Position numbers and translations under genes: made by a program | From: a virus | Direction: 5' to 3' (one strand) | Length of the DNA: 64,000 bases | IMG/VR virus record: IMGVR_UViG_3300023184_000062 | Coordinates: 1-64,000 of that record | In this document: in pieces, positions 1 through 10,492 of the stretch | How positions within the stretch are numbered: the stretch's first letter is position 1 | Layout: each line of letters begins with the position of its first letter | Notes under the pieces: model-generated | Databases searched by the model: none | The model's input: only the letters and a program-made list of their open reading frames with translations | Told to the model about the DNA's origin: nothing

Positions 1-2
1 AT

Positions 3-425
3 CGTAACGAAAGTGGTGGCGCTATTGTTAGAAGCATGGCTCCTTTTATTATGATAAAGAACGGTCAGACAAGCACTGCCATGAATGTTGGGCCAGCTGT
101 TCAGGCTGCATTAAAGAAAGCTGGACTATTGAAAGGTGTAGAAGAAGGCATAGCGGAAGGCGACATGTATGGTGATGCAGAAGTAAGTTGGGAAAAAGGC
201 GGTCGTAGAGCGCCAACTGGCGCATTCAGAAATCCAAACTTTGGTAACGTACTTCAAAAAAGTGTAAACAAACACAATAAAGCTATAGTTAAAACTAGAC
301 AAGATATAGGTAGCAGAATTGCTGACATTGGCCCAGGTGGAAAAGAGTACAATGTAAAGACCGATGCTGCTTGGGATGCTGCTAAGAAAAAAGTAGCAGA
401 AGGCGTATCAGCTAAAGCTAGATAA
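3..425 (+). CDS. 5'-truncated modular (probable head-internal) protein with GIAEG/KVAEG junction motifs
   Basis: Frame is open from position 3; contains GVEEGIAEG and KVAEG motifs like those at 21985-26422. Confidence 0.6.
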   Translation, partial: RNESGGAIVRSMAPFIMIKNGQTSTAMNVGPAVQAALKKAGLLKGVEEGIAEGDMYGDAEVSWEKGGRRAPTGAFRNPNFGNVLQKSVNKHNKAIVKTRQDIGSRIADIGPGGKEYNVKTDAAWDAAKKKVAEGVSAKAR

Positions 426-445
426 TAGAAATAAGAAAGAGTATT

Positions 446-3238
446 ATGAAAACAAATGAATTTTTAACAGAACTATCTAACGAAAAGTTAGCAAAATACA
501 AAACTGCTGCTGCGGCTGATGCTAGCAAAGCTGATAAAGAAGGTGACTTCAAAAAAGGTGACAAGCGTTTTAAAGGTATTGTAAAAGCTACAAATAAACA
601 ATTTGCTAATGATACTAAAAAAGTACAAGAAAGCAAACAAGATATTTTAAATGAATCTTTATTAATGGAAGATCCCATTTATCGTCAATTTAAAAGTGTA
701 AGTAAGTATATTGTTGAACGCAGACTTAGCAAACAAGAAATCTATCAAATATTTGCTGATGCTGAAACCGGCATGACAAATAAAGATACTGGTGCTAATC
801 GTACTATGTTAGGTCGCGGCAAAGATGTAACAGGCAAAGCTATTACAAGTGTTAAAGATGCGGTATCAGGTGTTTTAAACTCTATACAATCTTCTGCTCC
901 AGTAGCAGCCGTTGATGTTGCATATGATCAAGCTACAGCTGCCTTAGGTAAATTAACTGGCGGTGAAAAAGGCAAGATAATGAAATCAATTATTGCTTAT
1001 CGCAATCTTGCTAAACAATATCCCAAAGCAGCAGGTTTTGCTAAAGCAGCATTAGTTGCTGCTGTAGGACTTGCTACCGGTGGAGCCGGACTTCCTGCTA
1101 TTGCGGGTTTAACTTATGCACTTGATTCTGCGATTAGAGGCGATAAGTTATCAAGTGTAATTGGAAAAGGTGCCGGCGCTGCTGCATTGGCATACGGCGG
1201 ACAAGCTGCGGCAGAATATGCTCAAGGCACCGGCGGTGCAGATATCCCAGGAGCAAATCCGCATCAACTTGATCCGTCACAAATGCAACAAGGCCCCGGC
1301 GGCGGAGGTGGCGGTGGCGGTGGCGGTGCAGGTGGTGCTGATATCCCAGGAGCAAATCCACATCAATTAGATCCGTCACAAATGCAACAAGCAGCAGGCG
1401 GTTCTAACGATATAGTAAAGACAGTTGTAAAGGGAGATAAATTAAGCGTCATTGCAGACAAATACAACACAAGCGTTGAATTACTACAACGTGCAAATCC
1501 TCAAATAACTAATCCTGATGCATTGGTAATAGGAACTAAAATCCATATACCCCCAACAAATGCTCCTACATATTATCATGGTGTAGGTACTGCGGCAGAC
1601 ACCGCTGCTAAAACTGCATCTGGCGCATATGATAGTGTACCAACAGCATTAGCTAAACAAGCAGCAGCCAATCGTGCCGGTGTTACTGAAAGTATTTGGA
1701 AAAATCATTCTCCTAAACTAGATAAAAACATTGTAGAATCAATATCATTTAAAAAGTTATCAGCATATGATTTAATAGACAAAAAAACTACTGCGTTCAA
1801 CTGGGCATTAAATGAAAGTATTGGTAATAAAAATAGAAATATAAATTTAACTACAGTAGGGGTATATACTATATTTGAAAATGTTGACCGTTACCGTCTT
1901 GCTGTAATGGAAGTAGCAGGAGTTCCGGGCAGCACTCGTCCAGAGCAGTATCGTCCAGATGAGCCGGAAGGTAAAGGTAAGGAAAGCAAACCAGGTTTAA
2001 TTGGTAGAGGACTTAATTGGTTAGACAAAACTGCCGGCAAAGTAGGCGGCGCATTAAGTAATTTTGGACATCAGTTCACTACAAACGTCACAAAAGAAAA
2101 ACTAAAAATGAATTGGACTCAAAAAGGCGAACAAAGTGATTCAGATGAAGTAGCAGCTTTTATGAAAAGTCAAGGTGTACCAGAAGATGTAATTTCAACA
2201 ATATACACAAAGATGGGTCTACCTTATACTCAAAGTACAGCCGCAGCTACAGCAGCAGCTACTCCAGCTGCCGACACAGGATCAACAAGTACAGATACTA
2301 GTGGTGCAGGTGCCGGCGCATTTAGTTCAATGGCAAATCAATTACCTAAATCAACTAATACATCATCTACTGGCGGCACAACTACAAATACATCAACTGG
2401 ATTAACACATACAAGCAAAGCAGTTGCACCAACAACAGGTGGTGCAGGTGGGACAAGTAGTGCAGGCAGTATGTCACAACCATCACAGCCTAATACACCG
2501 CGTGAACAACAAGCGGTGACTCGCACAGTACGACAACAGATTGATGACATTATGCATACTATATTGACTCAACATAATGACGACCAACCATCATTAGTAA
2601 AATATTTGCGTCAACGTCTTGATAGTAGTTTTCCCGGAGAAACTACAACAGCAGCGCCTAAAAGAGCAGCACCTAGAAAGGCAGCACTTAAAGGTAAAAA
2701 ACCTAATAATACTATAGCAATGCCAAAACGTGAAAAAATCCGTATAGGAAAAGACGAAATTAAACCCGATAATCCTATGTATGATAAAAAAAACGCTAGT
2801 GGGGTAACCGAATCATTAGGACTAAACTATCCTGAAACATATGAACAAACTAATGATAAATTCAAAAGCAAAGGTCAACGTAGAGTTGCTGCATTAACTA
2901 ATGAGCAAAATTATGATAGCGGTGATTATTCTAATGCTAGAATGGGTAGAGAGTACGGTAAAAGTAATTATCATGTTGATTCTGGTGCTTCACACTTTGA
3001 AAAAGAAAGAGTTAAAAATGAACCGGGCGGAGAATTAGGTAGACCAAAAAGTCTTGCAGGCGCATCTAAATCATTACCTGCTGATCCATTCAGTCGTACT
3101 ACAGGAAAAATACCAAAGGGTAAAACAGGACAGGTTCATAAAGTAGATATGGATGAAGGGAAACAACGCATAGATACTAGAGTCAAAAACTATGTACCAA
3201 TAAAAGAATCAGCAATATTACAAGGCTTAAGAGGATAA
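446..3238 (+). CDS. Large low-complexity probable virion protein with LysM domain
   Basis: VVKGDKLSVIADKYNTSVELLQRANPQITNPDALVIGTKIHIP is LysM; MKTNEFLTE leader; many [ILV]xE(S/G) motifs. Confidence 0.7.
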   Translation: MKTNEFLTELSNEKLAKYKTAAAADASKADKEGDFKKGDKRFKGIVKATNKQFANDTKKVQESKQDILNESLLMEDPIYRQFKSVSKYIVERRLSKQEIYQIFADAETGMTNKDTGANRTMLGRGKDVTGKAITSVKDAVSGVLNSIQSSAPVAAVDVAYDQATAALGKLTGGEKGKIMKSIIAYRNLAKQYPKAAGFAKAALVAAVGLATGGAGLPAIAGLTYALDSAIRGDKLSSVIGKGAGAAALAYGGQAAAEYAQGTGGADIPGANPHQLDPSQMQQGPGGGGGGGGGGAGGADIPGANPHQLDPSQMQQAAGGSNDIVKTVVKGDKLSVIADKYNTSVELLQRANPQITNPDALVIGTKIHIPPTNAPTYYHGVGTAADTAAKTASGAYDSVPTALAKQAAANRAGVTESIWKNHSPKLDKNIVESISFKKLSAYDLIDKKTTAFNWALNESIGNKNRNINLTTVGVYTIFENVDRYRLAVMEVAGVPGSTRPEQYRPDEPEGKGKESKPGLIGRGLNWLDKTAGKVGGALSNFGHQFTTNVTKEKLKMNWTQKGEQSDSDEVAAFMKSQGVPEDVISTIYTKMGLPYTQSTAAATAAATPAADTGSTSTDTSGAGAGAFSSMANQLPKSTNTSSTGGTTTNTSTGLTHTSKAVAPTTGGAGGTSSAGSMSQPSQPNTPREQQAVTRTVRQQIDDIMHTILTQHNDDQPSLVKYLRQRLDSSFPGETTTAAPKRAAPRKAALKGKKPNNTIAMPKREKIRIGKDEIKPDNPMYDKKNASGVTESLGLNYPETYEQTNDKFKSKGQRRVAALTNEQNYDSGDYSNARMGREYGKSNYHVDSGASHFEKERVKNEPGGELGRPKSLAGASKSLPADPFSRTTGKIPKGKTGQVHKVDMDEGKQRIDTRVKNYVPIKESAILQGLRG
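1232..1390 (+). repeat. ~60-bp coding direct repeat (GGADIPGANPHQLDPSQMQQ x2) around a poly-Gly linker
   Basis: Copies at 1232-1291 and 1331-1390. Confidence 0.9.
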
Positions 3239-3240
3239 TT

Positions 3241-3681
3241 ATGTTAACAGAAGATTTAAAAGTGTTATTGGCAAGTGTTAACTCATTATCCATCAAAGCA
3301 CAAAACTTTCATTGGAATGTAGAGGGCGATAACTTCCCCCAATATCACGAATTCTTTGGCAATTTCTATGAAGAAATATACAGCGCAGTAGATAAGGTTG
3401 CTGAATATATTCGTACATTAGATAGCTATGCGCCCGGCAGCTTAACACGCTATGCTGAATTAACTATCATTCAAGACCAACTTAAGATTCCACGTGCTGA
3501 ATTAATGTTTGCTGAATTGTTTGAAGATAATGCTAGAATGATTGAATTACTTAATCATTGCTTTGCTTCTGCTACACAAGAAAACAAACAAGGTATCGCT
3601 AACTTTATCGCTGAAAGGTTAGATGCTCACGAAAAACATCAATGGATGATTCGTAGTGTTCTAAAGAAAGCGAGAGCGTAA
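3241..3681 (+). CDS. dps: Dps / DNA starvation-stationary phase protection ferritin-like protein
   Basis: NFHWNVEG..F...HEFF, DKVAEYIR, HEKHQWMIRS motifs. Confidence 0.92.
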   Translation: MLTEDLKVLLASVNSLSIKAQNFHWNVEGDNFPQYHEFFGNFYEEIYSAVDKVAEYIRTLDSYAPGSLTRYAELTIIQDQLKIPRAELMFAELFEDNARMIELLNHCFASATQENKQGIANFIAERLDAHEKHQWMIRSVLKKARA

Positions 3682-3682
3682 G

Positions 3683-4498
3683 ATGAAAAAATTACTAGCA
3701 ATAGTATTGAGTATAGCCTCCTTTGCCGCATCAGCTTGGACACAACGAGCACCAAATCCACCTCAACAATGTCAAGTACACGCACCATACGGATTCCCCC
3801 AAACGGCATTAGCGGTACAGCCCATTTGCCGTCAAGCATATCTAGTTGGATATGATCCTATTGCAAAATTACCAAAGTATGTGACATATGAATTAATGCC
3901 ACAAAACGCATTAGGATGTGTTGCTAGAACAAATGCTTTTGCTGCTGATCAATCTATACCAAACGGTCCTAAACCAGACGATTATGCGGGTACAGGTTAC
4001 GATAAAGGTCATATGAGTCCAGATGGTGATCTATCATGGGATCAGCAAGTAGAGTTTGAATCATTCTTAATGACTAACATGGCTCCGCAAGCTGGTTCAT
4101 TGAATCGTGGTATATGGAAATTGTTAGAAACAAGTGTGCGTGGTTGGGCAGTTCAGCGCAATCAACCATACACAATTTATGTCGGCGGAGTATATAATGC
4201 ACAAGATAAGAAAATCGGCAACGGTGTTGTTGTTCCTCATGGTTATTACAAAATTGTTATCAATAATCAAACTAAAGAAATAGCAGGATGGGCATTTCCC
4301 CACGTTGCTCCTTATCCTAATTTGGGCAATGACTTAACTAAGTTTAGATTATCTGTGGTGCAAATTCAACAAGCAGCAGGGGTGCATTTTGGATTCCCGC
4401 AAGGTGCTAAAGAATTGAATCCTGGGCAAGAATGGCCAGTTGATTTTGGCGCACTTACAAAAGCTAAGAGAGCCAAATGCGGCAAGGATGATGATTAA
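3683..4498 (+). CDS. Secreted DNA/RNA non-specific endonuclease (NucA/EndoG family)
   Basis: Signal peptide MKKLLAIVLSIASFAASA; YDKGHM, NMAPQ..LNRGIW..LE motifs. Confidence 0.9.
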   Translation: MKKLLAIVLSIASFAASAWTQRAPNPPQQCQVHAPYGFPQTALAVQPICRQAYLVGYDPIAKLPKYVTYELMPQNALGCVARTNAFAADQSIPNGPKPDDYAGTGYDKGHMSPDGDLSWDQQVEFESFLMTNMAPQAGSLNRGIWKLLETSVRGWAVQRNQPYTIYVGGVYNAQDKKIGNGVVVPHGYYKIVINNQTKEIAGWAFPHVAPYPNLGNDLTKFRLSVVQIQQAAGVHFGFPQGAKELNPGQEWPVDFGALTKAKRAKCGKDDD

Positions 4499-4531
4499 TA
4501 TTAACACTAATATATCATACTAAATATCAGT

Positions 4532-4984
4532 ATGAACATCACAAAATTAGGCAAACTCGTGGGTGATTGGAGTAATATCAATGATAAATTGCTCCAACAA
4601 ATAAGCAATCTATTCAAACTTAGAGATTGTAATATTAATTTGGATATACAAAAGCCAAATAAAGTAACCCCTTTCATTAAAGACAACTTAGAACATTATA
4701 GTTTGGATAATCCCTTTACTGTTAAAAGAATCTGTATTCATTTAACAGATTGGGAACCGGGTCATTTCTATTGCTTTGATAATGATATCCATACTGGATG
4801 GAAAGCAGGAGATGTATATAGTGTTGATTGGCACAAAACTTCTTATGCTAGCGCAAACGCAGGTGCTTCTGATAGAATCATACTGCAACTAACTGGGCTT
4901 GTTTCAGAAGAATCTAATGAATTCTTGGCACGATTAAAAAGATTTGATACATACGCTATGGAACTTAAAGAAAGTTCTTGGTAA
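4532..4984 (+). CDS. 2OG-Fe(II) oxygenase-like (DSBH) protein, apparently degenerate
   Basis: LTDWEPGH..WKAGDV..W...YASANAG..DR..LQLTG pattern; the expected metal His appears replaced. Confidence 0.5.
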   Translation: MNITKLGKLVGDWSNINDKLLQQISNLFKLRDCNINLDIQKPNKVTPFIKDNLEHYSLDNPFTVKRICIHLTDWEPGHFYCFDNDIHTGWKAGDVYSVDWHKTSYASANAGASDRIILQLTGLVSEESNEFLARLKRFDTYAMELKESSW

Positions 4985-5081
4985 GAACACACCTACCTTA
5001 GGACCGTGTGACCCGGCTGCTGGGTTTAGAAAACGATTCGCTACCGTAGACTATAAAGTGAGCATATTTGATAAATACATA

Positions 5082-5666
5082 ATGCTTACCGAACACATCA
5101 TTATTGAATCCGCTGCACTTGAATTAGCAAAACGTTTGCCGTCATTGCAAAAACATGACTACAATACTATTGACAAATTAATGCAGCAAATTGCTAGTAA
5201 ACATCGTATTACTGGTAAAGCATTACATGATTTGTTCGTAAAGAAATTTCATAAAAATCCTGATAATTGGATCAAGGATAAATTAGATGAAGATAATGAT
5301 GAACCAGACTTCTTAGCAGATAACCCAATAATGCAGAAATTTATAGATTGGGCTAGTAGTGAACTACATTTAAAATCAACACCCGATTTTGAATTCAGCT
5401 ACAATACTGACGAAGCACAAGAAGGTCATCACACAGGTCGCCATAGTACAAATGATAATAGCGTTTGGGTATATGTTGCTAATCGTAATATGGTTGATAT
5501 TATGCGTACCGTTTACCATGAACTTACCCATGTCCGTCAAGGTGAATTGAATATGATTAAACCAGGTGACAGTTATCCGGGTAGCCCAATTGAAATGCTA
5601 GCTGATATGACCTCAGGAAAAGCCATGAAGATTTTTGGTAAAGATCACCCAGAAATCTTTCAATAA
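5082..5666 (+). CDS. Zincin-like metallopeptidase (HExxH), late gene
   Basis: YHELTHVRQ ... IEMLAD; ATG 5082 follows TAAATA at 5072. Confidence 0.7.
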   Translation: MLTEHIIIESAALELAKRLPSLQKHDYNTIDKLMQQIASKHRITGKALHDLFVKKFHKNPDNWIKDKLDEDNDEPDFLADNPIMQKFIDWASSELHLKSTPDFEFSYNTDEAQEGHHTGRHSTNDNSVWVYVANRNMVDIMRTVYHELTHVRQGELNMIKPGDSYPGSPIEMLADMTSGKAMKIFGKDHPEIFQ

Positions 5667-5692
5667 AATCGTTTCTATGCTATAATGCATAG

Positions 5693-6301
5693 ATGCTAAA
5701 ATTACTCTTTCCATTGCCAAAAGATATTGTTGTCGCACTTAGTGGCGGCGTTGACTCTGTTGCTATTACAGATTTCCTTTCTCAAAAACATAAGGTAGCT
5801 TGCGCTTTCTTCCATCATGGAACAGAGAACAGCGAACGGGCATTACAATTCGTTGCCAACTTCTGCACCGATCGTAATCTACCATTGATGGTAGGGATTA
5901 TTAAAAATAACAAGTCCAAAGAACTTAGTATGGAAGAACATTGGCGTAACGAACGCTATGACTTTTTGGATAGCTTTGGCGATTCATTGGGTCCAGTTAT
6001 TACTGGTCATCATTTGGATGACTGTGTAGAAACATATATCTGGTCATCACTTCACGGTAGACCAAAAGTTATCCCTGCAAAAAGAAACAATGTTGTACGA
6101 CCATTTCTTACAACAAACAAAAGTGAATTCACAAATTGGTGCGAACGAAAATCTATCAATTGGTGTCACGACAATAGCAACGATGACACAAAATATATGC
6201 GTAACTATGTCAGAACACATCTCATGCCACACGCATTACACGTTAACCCAGGACTGCATACTGTGGTTAAAAAGATTGTAGAAAGTCAGCAAAATGTTTG
6301 A
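5693..6301 (+). CDS. tilS: tRNA(Ile)-lysidine synthetase, N-terminal PP-loop domain only
   Basis: SGGVDS, R..RY.FL, TGHHLDD..ET, RPFL, D.SN....Y.RNY.R. Confidence 0.85.
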   Translation: MLKLLFPLPKDIVVALSGGVDSVAITDFLSQKHKVACAFFHHGTENSERALQFVANFCTDRNLPLMVGIIKNNKSKELSMEEHWRNERYDFLDSFGDSLGPVITGHHLDDCVETYIWSSLHGRPKVIPAKRNNVVRPFLTTNKSEFTNWCERKSINWCHDNSNDDTKYMRNYVRTHLMPHALHVNPGLHTVVKKIVESQQNV

Positions 6302-6348
6302 CTTTTCTACACAAGGCATGTATACTAATTACTTTACAAGGAGAAACT

Positions 6349-6606
6349 ATGAGTAAAATGTTTACCGGAGAGCAAAAGATTAAGTTGACTCAACTTATCA
6401 ACGAGGGCATGGTAGTCCTACATGAGATTGATACTCTACGTGAGGGATTATCTGATACTGTAAAAGCTATCGCAGAAGAACTGGAAGTAAAGCCAGGCAT
6501 TCTTAAGAAGGCAATATCTGTCGCACACAAAGCAAGTCTTGGTCAAACAAACGCTGACCACGAAGAACTAAACACTATTTTGGAAACTGTGGGTAAAACA
6601 CTTTGA
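6349..6606 (+). CDS. T4 DsbA/GapR-like dsDNA-binding protein
   Basis: Helical EIDTLREGLSDTVKAIAEELEVKPGILKKAI pattern; AGGAG SD before ATG 6349. Confidence 0.6.
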   Translation: MSKMFTGEQKIKLTQLINEGMVVLHEIDTLREGLSDTVKAIAEELEVKPGILKKAISVAHKASLGQTNADHEELNTILETVGKTL

Positions 6607-9308
6607 GTTACGTTGATGCTATTCATAGCAGGGATGAGGATCGTATCTACGTGGTGGAACGAGACCAGAATGGCAAGCGTCAATACAAAGAATATCCCAC
6701 AAACTATGTACTCTACTATCCCGATCATAAGGGAAAGTATCGCAGTATATATGGTGACCCTGTAAATCGTTTCAGTACACGCAAACGACAAGAGTTTGAA
6801 AAAGAAAGACGCATCCATTCAGGTAAGAAATTATTTGAAAGTGATGTGCCAGTAGTGTTTCGCTGCCTTAGTGAAAACTATCTTAAGGCAGATGTTCCTA
6901 AACTTCATACTTGTTTCTTTGACATTGAGGTAGACTTTGATCCTGAGAAGGGTTTCAGTCCTACCACTGATCCATTCAATCCAGTAACTGCTATCTCATT
7001 ATATTTAGATTGGCAAGATACATTGGTTACATTGGTCATTGCCCCGAAGCACATGAGTCCAGAGACAGCACAAGAGATTTGTAATGAATTTGAAAACTGT
7101 ATGCTTTTCACTAATGAGAAGGATATGTTTAATGTTTTCTTTCAACTTATTGAAGATGCTGATGTAATGACTGGCTGGAATAGTGAAGGATACGACATAC
7201 CTTATATGGTTAATCGTGTCACACGAGTAATGAGTAAGGATGACACACGCAAGTTTTGCTTGATGGGACAACTTCCTAAAGCTAGGGAATACGAAAGATT
7301 TGGCAAAAGTGAAACTACATACGACTTAGTAGGTCGCATTCACTTAGACTACTTACAACTCTACAAGAAATATAACTATGAATCACGCCATTCATATAAG
7401 TTAGATGCCATTGGTGAGATGGAAGTAGGCGAAAACAAAACTCAATATGAAGGTACACTTGACCAGTTGTATAACAAAGACTTTAAAAAGTTTATTGAAT
7501 ACAATCGTCAAGATACTATGTTGTTAGTGAAGATTCACAACAAACTCAAATTCTTAGAACTAGCCAATCAGCTAGCACATGAGAATACAGTATTACTGCC
7601 AACAGTAATGGGTTCTGTAGCTATGATTGAAATGGCAATTTTCAATGAAGCGCATGAACGAGGTTTAGTAGTGCCAGATAAAAAACGAAAGAATGAAAAT
7701 GCAGAAGAAACAACGCCAGCAGCAGGTGCCTTCGTTGCTACGCCCAAAAAAGGTATGCACGAATACGTTGGAGCAGTTGACATCAACTCGCTCTATCCCT
7801 CGGTTATTCGTGCCCTTAACATGGCAGGAGAAACCATCATTGGTCAGGTCCGCCAGACACTAACTGACAAATATATGCTTGACAAAGGTAAGCAACTTGC
7901 TAGCCTTAAAAAGCGGTTTAAAGAAGGTGACGATGATGTTACTGGTGCTATTCTATGGGAGAACTTGTTTGGTGTATTAGAATACACTAGCATTATGAAC
8001 CAAGAACGCGGCACAATGCTTACTATAGATTACGAAGATGGTCGTAGTGAGGAATATAGTGCTGCTGAAATCTGGAAAATGATCTTTGATAGCAATCGCC
8101 CATGGATGCTAAGTGCGAATGGTACGATCTTTACTTACGAGAAAGAGGGCGTAGTTCCTGGACTACTCTCACGTTGGTACAGTGATCGTAAAGTAATGCA
8201 GAAAAAACTTAAAGAATCTACTACTGATGAAGATAGAGACTATTGGGATAAGCGTCAACTTGTTCGTAAGATTTTGTTGAACTCGGCATATGGTGCATTG
8301 TTGAATGAACACTGCCGTTTCTATGACAAGCGCATTGGTCAAAGTGTTACATTAAGTGGTCGTCAGATTGTTAAACATATGATGAGTACCATCAATGAAA
8401 CAGTAACTGGTGATTATAACCATGAGGGTCCTGCGATTGTGTATGGTGATACTGACTCATGTTACTTTACTGCTTATCCTATTCTCAATTCGCAAATAGC
8501 GAATGGTGATATTAAATGGGACAAAGAAAATTGTATCACATTATATGATGGTATCGCTGACCAAGCTAATGAAAGTTTCCCTGCGTTCATGGAACGTGCA
8601 TTTCATGCCCCAAGAAAGAATGGAGAAATAATTAAAGCTGGTCGTGAATTGATCGGTGATCGTGCTATCTTTATAACAAAGAAACGCTATGCTATCAATA
8701 TCTTTGATAAAGAAGGTAAGCGTAAGGATGTGAACGGTAAGAACGGTGATATCAAAGCGATGGGTCTTGACTTGAAACGTGCTGATACTCCTAAGTATAT
8801 ACAAGAATTCTTGATGGATGTACTTACTAAGGTACTGGCAGGTGAGCAACGTGATAAAGTTATTGAAATGGTTAAAGAATTTAAAACTAAACTGTCTGAA
8901 CAAGATAGCTGGACAAAGGGTAGCCCAAAGAGTGTTAATAACTTAACTAAGCACACTATTGAATTTGAAAAGACTGGTAAGTGTGGTGTGGGTCATGCCC
9001 GAGCAGCAATTAACTGGAACTATCTACGTAGAGTATATGGTGACAACTATAGCCAGAAGATTATAGATGGTATGAAGATTGTTGTTTGTAAACTCAAAGA
9101 TAACGCATTGGGCTTCACTAGTATTGCTTATCCAGTAGATGAATTACGTTTACCACAATGGTTCAAAGAATTACCGTTTGATGATTTATTAATGGAATCA
9201 ACATTAGTTGATGAAAAGATTGACAACTTGCTTGGCGTATTGAATTGGGATATCAGAAGCAATACAGATGTTAACTCAATGTTTGATGAGTTATTCACAT
9301 TCGGTTAA
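6603..9308 (+). CDS. polB: Family B DNA polymerase with 3'-5' exonuclease
   Basis: FDIE, DINSLYPS, KILLNSAYG, YGDTDS, KKRY motifs. Confidence 0.97.
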   Translation: MSYVDAIHSRDEDRIYVVERDQNGKRQYKEYPTNYVLYYPDHKGKYRSIYGDPVNRFSTRKRQEFEKERRIHSGKKLFESDVPVVFRCLSENYLKADVPKLHTCFFDIEVDFDPEKGFSPTTDPFNPVTAISLYLDWQDTLVTLVIAPKHMSPETAQEICNEFENCMLFTNEKDMFNVFFQLIEDADVMTGWNSEGYDIPYMVNRVTRVMSKDDTRKFCLMGQLPKAREYERFGKSETTYDLVGRIHLDYLQLYKKYNYESRHSYKLDAIGEMEVGENKTQYEGTLDQLYNKDFKKFIEYNRQDTMLLVKIHNKLKFLELANQLAHENTVLLPTVMGSVAMIEMAIFNEAHERGLVVPDKKRKNENAEETTPAAGAFVATPKKGMHEYVGAVDINSLYPSVIRALNMAGETIIGQVRQTLTDKYMLDKGKQLASLKKRFKEGDDDVTGAILWENLFGVLEYTSIMNQERGTMLTIDYEDGRSEEYSAAEIWKMIFDSNRPWMLSANGTIFTYEKEGVVPGLLSRWYSDRKVMQKKLKESTTDEDRDYWDKRQLVRKILLNSAYGALLNEHCRFYDKRIGQSVTLSGRQIVKHMMSTINETVTGDYNHEGPAIVYGDTDSCYFTAYPILNSQIANGDIKWDKENCITLYDGIADQANESFPAFMERAFHAPRKNGEIIKAGRELIGDRAIFITKKRYAINIFDKEGKRKDVNGKNGDIKAMGLDLKRADTPKYIQEFLMDVLTKVLAGEQRDKVIEMVKEFKTKLSEQDSWTKGSPKSVNNLTKHTIEFEKTGKCGVGHARAAINWNYLRRVYGDNYSQKIIDGMKIVVCKLKDNALGFTSIAYPVDELRLPQWFKELPFDDLLMESTLVDEKIDNLLGVLNWDIRSNTDVNSMFDELFTFG

Positions 9309-9386
9309 ACTGGTGTTGACTATCGCAATATATTCCACTATAATACGTGATAGGAACTCCTAAATATTTTAAACAAAGGAAACAAA

Positions 9387-10118
9387 ATGAAAGATTATTT
9401 AAAAGACTTGATTGACCATACTCTTGGTCTTGGTACTATTGAACTTATTAAGGTCACCGGTACAGATACTGTAACGGCAATCAATGCTGTAGCAGAAAAT
9501 AAAAGCGTTATCATCAGTGGTACATTCAAAGACCCGATCGCCGACTTCATCGGTGTATTTGGTATGCCTAACTTGAACAAACTCAAAACAATCATTGGAT
9601 TTGATGAGTATGATGAAACATCTAAAATCAATGTTGTTCGTACTCAACGTGATGGTGTAGATGTACCTTCAACTATTCACTTTGAAACAAAGACTGGCGA
9701 CTTCATTAACGATTATCGTCTTATGCTTAAAAGCGTAGTTGATGAAAAAGTTAAATCAGTATCATTTAAAGGTGCTAAGTGGAATGTTGAATTTGAGCCT
9801 ACAGTTGCTGGTATTCAACGTCTTAAAAAGCAAGCACAAGCAAATAGCGAAGAAGAACATTTTGTGTTCAAAACTGATGGTAGTGATTTGAAAGTATTCT
9901 TTGGTGATGCTTCAACACACAGTGGTAACTTTGTGTTCAACACTCCAGTAACTGGTACACTAGCTGGTACACACAAGTGGCCCGTTAAAGAATTCTTGAG
10001 TATCATGGATCTAGTAGGTGACAAGACAGTTAAGATTAGTGAACAAGGTGCGACTGAAATCACAGTTAATAGTGGTATCGCAACATATGTTTACTTATTG
10101 CCAGCAAACAAGAAATGA
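9387..10118 (+). CDS. Sliding clamp (gp45-like)
   Basis: 243 aa two-domain alpha/beta pattern directly after PolB; ends TYVYLLPA. Confidence 0.65.
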   Translation: MKDYLKDLIDHTLGLGTIELIKVTGTDTVTAINAVAENKSVIISGTFKDPIADFIGVFGMPNLNKLKTIIGFDEYDETSKINVVRTQRDGVDVPSTIHFETKTGDFINDYRLMLKSVVDEKVKSVSFKGAKWNVEFEPTVAGIQRLKKQAQANSEEEHFVFKTDGSDLKVFFGDASTHSGNFVFNTPVTGTLAGTHKWPVKEFLSIMDLVGDKTVKISEQGATEITVNSGIATYVYLLPANKK

Positions 10119-10492
10119 TAAAGTACATTGCTAGTTCCGGTAAGTACATAAATGTAATTGGTGAATCTGTTGCCAATTACATTAATAACTATAGTGGGGC
10201 GCAAGGTGTCGGCAATATAAGATTCAATACTACTAATCAAAATATGGAAGTATATGACGGTAATGGTTGGATACTACTTCAGATGGGACACGTTAATGTA
10301 GGACTAAATGCTGATGCAGAATCAATACTTGATTGGGCTAAAAAGAAGCGTGATGAAGAACTTGAGTTAGAATCATTAGCAGAAACTAATCCTACTATCA
10401 AAGATTTAATGGAAACTATCAAGCAAAAGCAAGAACAAATAAGTATTGTCAAAGCCTTGATTAAGAAAGAAACAACAGTTGAAACAAGATAA
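10115..10492 (+). CDS. Hypothetical protein
   Basis: Overlapping start/stop in operon. Confidence 0.7.
   Translation: MIKYIASSGKYINVIGESVANYINNYSGAQGVGNIRFNTTNQNMEVYDGNGWILLQMGHVNVGLNADAESILDWAKKKRDEELELESLAETNPTIKDLMETIKQKQEQISIVKALIKKETTVETR

Noticed and set aside
4944-5081. N-terminal extension of ORF 4944
   Set aside because: Overlaps previous gene and a structured gap; ATG 5082 after TAAATA is more plausible
6603-9308. Intein or intron in polB
   Set aside because: 901-aa uninterrupted ORF with normal motif spacing
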